NCBI GenBank assembly: GCA_965209055.1
Contig: OZ242374.1
Coordinates: forward strand, 5,312,001 to 5,376,000
Direction of reading: 5' to 3'
DNA length: 64,000 bases
DNA from: Acidobacteriota bacterium
Lineage (GTDB): Bacteria > Acidobacteriota > UBA6911 > RPQK01 > JAJDTT01
The position numbers and the translations under genes are program-made. Below the pieces are notes generated by a model that saw only the letters and a program-made list of their open reading frames with translations, had not been told where the DNA came from and made no database searches. This document shows, one piece after another, positions 57,742 through 64,000 of the stretch; the stretch's first letter is position 1; every line of letters begins with the position of its first letter.

Positions 57742-59790
57742 TCAGTTCAAGAGCCGGGGCACCGTACGAGACCAGCTCTTGTTGAAGTGAAGCTTCCCGT
57801 CGACTGTGATCGTCAATTGGACCAAGTGGCGAAGAGTCGACTCATCGCTCGTGGTCAGCTCATTGGCCTCTACTTTTATGTCTGAACCCAACTGCTTGAG
57901 AGTGTAGGCGCAATAGGCCTTCAGGACCGCCTCGGCAGGATTGAGGGTGGAAACGGTGAGGCTGGAATGCTGCTGCAGGTCAAAACCGGCCGATGCGGGC
58001 AAGTGCACCGGAGTAATGCGAAATATGGTCTTCTGATTCACCAGGTCTTGGGTGATGGAGTATTCCTCCGGTGTGGACAAGCCTTCCGGGTCGGCATTGG
58101 ATAACCGCACCAGATCGGGCTGGGGCAGCTCCGGATTCTGCTCGGGAATCACCGGCAACACGATATGTGACGGAGTGCGGCCGCCTCGATGGATCGTATT
58201 GATGGCAGGTTCGGCCGTGGGCCAGGCATTCTGGATGTCGGCACTGGCAATGGCCACCCGGATCCGGTGACCGGTCCCGAAAATATAGGACATCGTCTTC
58301 AGGTCAATCTTGAGTTCATACACCTGTCCAGGTTCAAGGGGCTCGGGTTCGCAGTGGGAGTCGCGGTGGGTGGCATTCAAGCCTCCGTAGCGAACCAGCT
58401 TGGAAGCGCCGTCCGGCGCCACATCGATGAGCTTGACCCGAAAGTAGGCCACCTCGGCCGTGGATGAGACGTAGAGGACAGCCGCAGGCGTCCCCGTCAC
58501 CTCCAGATCCGCTTCCAGTGGAGGCGTGGTATAGGTCACCGAATACGCCTCGTCCCAGCGCTGGTCGATGGGCATTCCCCAGGGCAGGATGCCTCCCCCC
58601 CAGTGAATCCCCGAGGTGATTCCCACGGCAGGGTTGTAAGGGTACTCGTCCCGCTCCTCAGCGGCCGTCCCGCAGGGTTCCGGGCTCAGCTTCCCGTGGG
58701 AGTGAAAGTAGAGGGGTGTGCGCCGCGTCCGGGCGATGGGCCACTCCCGCTCCGATCGCCAGAAGCCTTTCTCTTCCAGCGGCATGCGCGCGGAAGGCGG
58801 ACTATACCGCTTGACGAAGAACGTGACCGGCGGTTCGTCCATCACGCCGTTGTCGATCCCCTTGAGCCAGTGGTCGAACCAGTTCAGGTAGAGCGGGCGG
58901 GTATCGATCCTGGGGCCGGGGACGGCGCATTTTTCTTCGCCATACCAGTGCCCCCAGGGTCCCACCAACGCTCGCTTATGGGGAACCTCCAGCTTGGAGA
59001 ACGCACGCAACAGCGCCGTGGGATAGCAGTCGGACCAGCCGGCAATGACGAAAACGGCACACTGGACCGCGCCGTAGTTCGTCGACAGCGACCGGTCCTG
59101 CCAGTATTTCCCATCCAGTTGATTCGAAATGTACCCGATGCCCCAAGGCTGGCTGTTTTCCAGACGCTGTTGCCAGATCCCGCTCCACTTCTCTCCCACG
59201 ATGTCCGGGTCGGGAGGCGAGAAATTGTAGGCGTTCATCAGGGCGGAGTAGCTGTCGAACATGTAGGGGCGAAGGACGCCGCCCGGATAGGTCCACTCCG
59301 TATAGACGTTGTCATTGGCCGACCGCACGATGATGGCTTTCAGATGCGGGGGCGCCTGCACCGCCACCTGCCATTGGACGACTGCACTGTAGGATTTGCC
59401 GATCATTCCCACGTTGCCGTTGCACCAGGATTGCGCGGCGATCCATTCCACCATGTCGTACCCGTCCTGCCGCTCGTCCGCAGAGTAGATGTCCTTGCTC
59501 CATCCGCTGGAATTGCCCGTGCCGCGCACGTCGAATTGGGCAATGACATAGCCGCGCTCGGCCAGGTAGGGAACGGCCGGGGGATACTCCTCCCGATAGT
59601 CGGCCAAGGGTTTTCTGATGCGACGGTAAGGATTGTATTCCATGATCGCCGGGAATCGGCCATCCGCGTCCGGCCGCGTTATTTTCACCCCCAGCTCCAC
59701 TCCATCGCGCATGGGCACTCGCGTGTAGAGGATTTTCACCTGGTATTGAGAGCGGGACCGGCCCCCGCTCCGTGAATCTGTTCGGGACAT
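57742..59790 (-). CDS. CocE/NonD-family hydrolase (cytoplasmic)
   Basis: VPMRDGV, DVRGTGNSSG, GKSYSA, GPWGH; GGAGG RBS. Confidence 0.92.
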   Translation of the reverse strand: MSRTDSRSGGRSRSQYQVKILYTRVPMRDGVELGVKITRPDADGRFPAIMEYNPYRRIRKPLADYREEYPPAVPYLAERGYVIAQFDVRGTGNSSGWSKDIYSADERQDGYDMVEWIAAQSWCNGNVGMIGKSYSAVVQWQVAVQAPPHLKAIIVRSANDNVYTEWTYPGGVLRPYMFDSYSALMNAYNFSPPDPDIVGEKWSGIWQQRLENSQPWGIGYISNQLDGKYWQDRSLSTNYGAVQCAVFVIAGWSDCYPTALLRAFSKLEVPHKRALVGPWGHWYGEEKCAVPGPRIDTRPLYLNWFDHWLKGIDNGVMDEPPVTFFVKRYSPPSARMPLEEKGFWRSEREWPIARTRRTPLYFHSHGKLSPEPCGTAAEERDEYPYNPAVGITSGIHWGGGILPWGMPIDQRWDEAYSVTYTTPPLEADLEVTGTPAAVLYVSSTAEVAYFRVKLIDVAPDGASKLVRYGGLNATHRDSHCEPEPLEPGQVYELKIDLKTMSYIFGTGHRIRVAIASADIQNAWPTAEPAINTIHRGGRTPSHIVLPVIPEQNPELPQPDLVRLSNADPEGLSTPEEYSITQDLVNQKTIFRITPVHLPASAGFDLQQHSSLTVSTLNPAEAVLKAYCAYTLKQLGSDIKVEANELTTSDESTLRHLVQLTITVDGKLHFNKSWSRTVPRLLN

Positions 59791-59959
59791 GGAGGGACCT
59801 CCTACACCGTACTTCTCTCCCGACCTGAACTCGAACGCCGAGCCTGAGCCTCAATGTCGACAACAGGCCAAGGACAAGGCGGACCGAACCTTCGGATGGC
59901 CGGTACGGGCGTAGGCCTGATTGACTGCCAACTGCGGGGCTTGGTAGGTTTTTCTTGCA

Positions 59960-61102
59960 ATGCTGGTCGGCCTCTTGCTTTCGGGGCTCCTGCTTTCAGG
60001 TCTTCAGACCCCGCCCCAGCAGCAAAAGCTCGGGCAATACTACCAACAGGCTTCCGAGGCGGCAAAACGCCAGGATTGGGTTTCAGCCGAGCAAGCCTAT
60101 CTGGCCATATTGAGATTGTCTCCCGATAGAGCCGATGCCCACTACGGGCTGGGTCTTGCCCGCCACTTCCAGGGGAAATATGAAGCGGCCACCGTAGCCT
60201 TCGAAAAAACGTTGCGGCTCGATCCCGACCGTGTCGAGGCGAACCTTTTTCTGGGCCTCGACTACTATCTTCTCTACGAATACGAGAAGGCACTCGGTCC
60301 TCTCGGGCGGGCCATCGCCGCTCGTCCCGGGGACCTCAGCCTTCAGCTCTGCCTGGCGGGATCTTATTTGGCGCTGAACCGTTTCGGTGAGGCCATCGAT
60401 TTGCTCCAGGAGGTGACCCGCAAGGATCCCGGCCATGTCCCGGTCCTTCACATGCTGGCACAGGCCTACCTAAACACCAGAAATTTTGCCGAGTTCGAGC
60501 AAATTTACGAACGGCTCCGGAAACTCGACTCCGGTTCCTCCCGTACCCACCAGGTGCGGGCCGAGGCGTACGTCTTCCAGGGCCGCCCGGAGGAGGCGCT
60601 GAACGAGTACCACAAAGCACTTGCCCTGGATCCGAACGTGGCTGGGCTCAACCAGGCCGTGGGAATTCTATATCTGGAAAAGGGGCTGTACGAAGATGGC
60701 CGGCCCTATTTGGAGAAGGCGCTGGAATTGGAATCGGACCTTCCGATCGCAAGTCTGAACCTGGCGGTCATCAAGAACATGGAGCAGAAGTTTGACGAGG
60801 CGATTCTGCATCTCGACAAGGTGTTGCGCGCCAACGACCAGCTTTCCCAAGCCTATATGGAACTCTCGAAGGCATATGCGGGCAAGGGCCGTTGGGAGGA
60901 GGCAGCAGCAGCCCTGGAAAGGGCGATCGCCCTGGACCCCGATGAACCGGCTCCCCGGTATCAACTGGCCCAGATACACAAGAGATTGGGAAACGCCGGA
61001 AAAGCCCTGGAAGAACTTCAGCGCTTTGAGGCGCTTCAACAGAAAATGAGGCGGGAAAAACATCTGGCCATCGAGAGTGGTCTTCAAAAAAAGCCTCAAT
61101 AA
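59960..61102 (+). CDS. Secreted TPR-repeat protein
   Basis: Hydrophobic N-terminus and TPR units; TTGACT-18-TAGGTT promoter at 59921-59950. Confidence 0.88.
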   Translation: MLVGLLLSGLLLSGLQTPPQQQKLGQYYQQASEAAKRQDWVSAEQAYLAILRLSPDRADAHYGLGLARHFQGKYEAATVAFEKTLRLDPDRVEANLFLGLDYYLLYEYEKALGPLGRAIAARPGDLSLQLCLAGSYLALNRFGEAIDLLQEVTRKDPGHVPVLHMLAQAYLNTRNFAEFEQIYERLRKLDSGSSRTHQVRAEAYVFQGRPEEALNEYHKALALDPNVAGLNQAVGILYLEKGLYEDGRPYLEKALELESDLPIASLNLAVIKNMEQKFDEAILHLDKVLRANDQLSQAYMELSKAYAGKGRWEEAAAALERAIALDPDEPAPRYQLAQIHKRLGNAGKALEELQRFEALQQKMRREKHLAIESGLQKKPQ

Positions 61103-61131
61103 TCGCCAGCTCGCCGTCGGGGGAGAATCCA

Positions 61132-62511
61132 ATGACGAATCTGAAAAAGGTTGGCTTTGGCATTTGTCTATTGGGCCTGACGGTGAGCCCCTGGGTGCAG
61201 GGTTCCAACTTGAGGGCCGGGGTGGCCAAGGTGGATATTACTCCGGCTCCTGGAAAATACATGCTCGGTTCCGGGACGACGCTGGCCACCGGAGCCCATG
61301 ATCCGTTGTACGCACGCGTCCTGGTGCTGGAGGTCGATCAAACCCGGCTGGCACTGATCACGGTCGATCTCTGCCGCGTCTTCCAGGCACCCTTGATGGA
61401 TCGTCTGCGCCGGCAGGTCGAGGAATCCAGCGGAATCTCCTTCGTCCTCATGGTCGCGACCCACACTCACTCCGCTCCCATGATTCCCATCAATGAGAGT
61501 CATCCCTTGACCGGCATGGTGGCTTGGCAAGAGGACGCCGTCGCGAAAATCGCAATAGCTACTGAAAAAGCTCATCGGAAGGCGGCGGAGGCTTGGTTGG
61601 GCACCGGTTATGGAGTCTCCTACATCGGCCACAACCGGAGGAAACTGAACCCGGACGGCACGGTGACCATGATGTTCAGGAACCCCACCAAGATTCCAAC
61701 GTCTCCCTTCGATCCCACGGTTGCAGTCCTGCGCATAGACACCGAAGACCGCAAGCCATTGGCCGTACTGGTGAACTACGCCTGCCATCCCGTGGTGGTG
61801 ATGGCAAACCTCAAGCAGTACTCGGCCGATTTCCCTGGAGTCATGTGCAATACCGTGGAAGAGTCTTTCGGCCAACAGACCATGGCCTTCTTCCTGAACG
61901 GCGGTGCCGGTGACATCGACACCTACTACACGGGCGTGCCTCTCGAAGAAGATCCGGTCGGAAGAATGGAATGGAGTGGTGAGACCTTAGGCAAGGAAGC
62001 CGTTCGCGTGGCCAGGAAGATCCAGACCGAACCGGCCCCTGAAGCGAGCCTCGATTTCTCCGAAGATTGGCTGACATTCGGTTTTCGTTGGGACGTGGAA
62101 AAGTACATGAAAGCCTTTGAGGAGAGCGTGGAACCCGAACTCCGCCAGTACTATCTGCCTGAGATCAAGCCGGAAAAGCGGGTTCCCGTCACCACCGTTC
62201 TCATCAACAAGCGAATCGCATTCATGGGGATGCCGGGCGAGCCGTTTGTCGAGTTCCAAATGAACTGGCGCGAGCGGTCTCCGGTCGCCGACAGTTTCTT
62301 CCTGGGGTACGCCAACGGCTTTTTCAGCTACTTCCCCACCATTCGTGCGGCCACCGAAGGCGGCCATGGAGCCAAGAATATCTGGGCCCGAATCGAACCG
62401 GGCGCCGGCGAACGGATCGTGGATCACTGCATCATCCGAATCTACGAAATGTTGGGGCGTTTGACCGACGACCCGGCCGTGCCGGCGCCGGCGCAGGACG
62501 ATGAGGAGTGA
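61132..62511 (+). CDS. Neutral/alkaline ceramidase-like secreted hydrolase
   Basis: GVAKVDITP, ATHTHSAP, NYACHP, SADFPG, PGEPF, GYANG..YFPT. Confidence 0.85.
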   Translation: MTNLKKVGFGICLLGLTVSPWVQGSNLRAGVAKVDITPAPGKYMLGSGTTLATGAHDPLYARVLVLEVDQTRLALITVDLCRVFQAPLMDRLRRQVEESSGISFVLMVATHTHSAPMIPINESHPLTGMVAWQEDAVAKIAIATEKAHRKAAEAWLGTGYGVSYIGHNRRKLNPDGTVTMMFRNPTKIPTSPFDPTVAVLRIDTEDRKPLAVLVNYACHPVVVMANLKQYSADFPGVMCNTVEESFGQQTMAFFLNGGAGDIDTYYTGVPLEEDPVGRMEWSGETLGKEAVRVARKIQTEPAPEASLDFSEDWLTFGFRWDVEKYMKAFEESVEPELRQYYLPEIKPEKRVPVTTVLINKRIAFMGMPGEPFVEFQMNWRERSPVADSFFLGYANGFFSYFPTIRAATEGGHGAKNIWARIEPGAGERIVDHCIIRIYEMLGRLTDDPAVPAPAQDDEE

Positions 62512-62546
62512 CGGCGCCGAGAGCTCTCCTACGAGTCCCGAATCCT

Positions 62547-63068
62547 CTACCTTTCGTCGGCCCGGCCCGGAATGGGGACGGCTTCCAACTCCAGCAGGCG
62601 CCGCTTCAGTTCCAGGCCGCCGGCGTAACCCACCAGGCGTCCATTGGAGCCGATGACCCGGTGGCAGGGAACCACGACCGGAACGGGGTTGCGGCCGGTC
62701 GCCGTGCCCACCGCGCGAGAGGACCCCGGGCGCCCGATCCCGGCCGCCACCTGCGCATAGCTTCGCGTCTCGCCGAAGGGGATCGATCGCAGCTGGTTCC
62801 AGACCCCGATCTGGAAGGGCGTTCCCCTCAGGTCCAGCTCCAGATCGAAATCCCGCCGCTCTCCCGCCAGGAACTGCTTCAACTGCGAGGTGGCCCGCCG
62901 CAGGGCGGGGTTCCATCCTGGAGCTGCCGTCCCCCCAAAATGCCGGTCGAACCATCCGGACCAATCGGCTTCGCCGGGAAGGTGCAACCGGCAGAGCCCC
63001 TGATCGGAGGCGGCTAGGAGAAAGGTTCCAAACGAGGTGTTCAAAGGCTGGTAGCAAAGAGTTCGCAT
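62547..63068 (-). CDS. ogt: Methylated-DNA-protein-cysteine methyltransferase
   Basis: GTPFQ..VW, IPFGETRSY, RAVG, VPCHRVIG. Confidence 0.93.
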   Translation of the reverse strand: MRTLCYQPLNTSFGTFLLAASDQGLCRLHLPGEADWSGWFDRHFGGTAAPGWNPALRRATSQLKQFLAGERRDFDLELDLRGTPFQIGVWNQLRSIPFGETRSYAQVAAGIGRPGSSRAVGTATGRNPVPVVVPCHRVIGSNGRLVGYAGGLELKRRLLELEAVPIPGRADER

Positions 63069-63133
63069 GGATCAGAATCCTTTCGTGCCGGGATGCCGTG
63101 GTCCCGCCATGGTACGCGGTACGTGAGACTGAT

Positions 63134-64000
63134 TCACGCCCGGGGGTGGAACTTTCCGTAGACCTTCTTCAGGCGCTCCCGGCTCACATGGGTATAGATC
63201 TGTGTGGTGGAGATGTCGGCATGGCCCAGCATCACCTGGACCGCCCTCAAGTCGGCGCCATTTTCCAGCAGGTGAGTGGCAAAGCTGTGGCGCAGCACGT
63301 GAGGGCTCAACTTTCCGTCGATTCCCGCCTTCCTGCCGTATTTCAGGGTCAATTTCCAGAAATTCTGGCGGGTCATGGGCCCGCCCCGGCGGGTCAGGAA
63401 GAGGAAGGGACTCGAGAAACGCTTGCGGAGAAAATAGGGCCTCGCCTCTCTCTGGTAGGCGTCCACGAACTCGGCGGCCTCGTCCCCCAGCGGAACCAGC
63501 CGCTCCTTGCTTCCCTTCCCCATGGTCCTCAAGAAGCCCGCCTCCAGACTCACCTCGCGAATCCGGATCTGAACCAATTCAGTGACCCGAAGGCCCGTGG
63601 CATAGAGCACCTCCAGCATGGTCCGGTCCCGCAGGCCGAGAGGGGTGGAGAGTTCCGGACCTTCCAGGAGGCGCTCCACCTCCTCCGGTTCCAGGTAGAC
63701 CGGCAGTCTTCTCCAGAGCTTGGGCGACTCCAGAGTCTCGGTGGGGTCCTTCTCCACATAGCCGTCCAGGAGAAGAAATCGGTAGAAGGAACGAAGACTG
63801 ACGATCTTGCGCATGATGGAGGAGACCGAGAGCCGCTGGTGCAGCACGCGCACGAAATCGAACAGGTCGTGTCTCTCGGCCTGGTTCAACTCCACTTCAC
63901 GGTCTCCCAGGAAAACCAGGAACTCCAGCAGGTCCCGCCGATAGGCTTCGACCGTGTTGGGGGAGAGCCCCCGCTCCACGACCAGGTAGTTGACGTAGCT
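63134..64000 (-). CDS. xerD: Tyrosine recombinase XerD (5' end outside the window)
   Basis: ERGLSPNTVEAYRRDL, LYATGLRVTEL, GKGSKERLVP, SPHVLRHSFATHLL, LGHADISTTQIYTHV. Confidence 0.92.
   Translation of the reverse strand, partial: SYVNYLVVERGLSPNTVEAYRRDLLEFLVFLGDREVELNQAERHDLFDFVRVLHQRLSVSSIMRKIVSLRSFYRFLLLDGYVEKDPTETLESPKLWRRLPVYLEPEEVERLLEGPELSTPLGLRDRTMLEVLYATGLRVTELVQIRIREVSLEAGFLRTMGKGSKERLVPLGDEAAEFVDAYQREARPYFLRKRFSSPFLFLTRRGGPMTRQNFWKLTLKYGRKAGIDGKLSPHVLRHSFATHLLENGADLRAVQVMLGHADISTTQIYTHVSRERLKKVYGKFHPRA

Overview
GC-rich bacterial window. The GWxTD protein, CRTAC1/ASPIC-UnbV + TPR pairs, Oar-type TonB-dependent receptor and PVC-type heme protein point to Acidobacteriota (inference). 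Bases 1 to ~12.56 kb look like a decaying integrated element. It holds a sigma-70-like gene split by an intact IS3 with an unusually long, hairpin-rich 3' tail, a frameshifted IS1380, and a four-gene helical membrane/lipoprotein cassette. It also holds Cys-rich mini-ORFs, a strongly structured GC-rich element with iteron-like repeats, and an att-like right junction. The rest is chromosomal backbone: argR-argG-argH-argF, mqnC, ogt and xerD, plus two large transport/amide-hydrolase loci (three SSS symporters, two CocE/NonD hydrolases, amidase, hydantoinase B, two ceramidase-like proteins, TBDR, CRTAC1, TPR). Three damaged toxin-antitoxin modules are interspersed (AbiE-like, BrnA, HicBA). I found no rRNA, complete tRNA or CRISPR array by eye. 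All family calls come from motif recognition; no database search was run.
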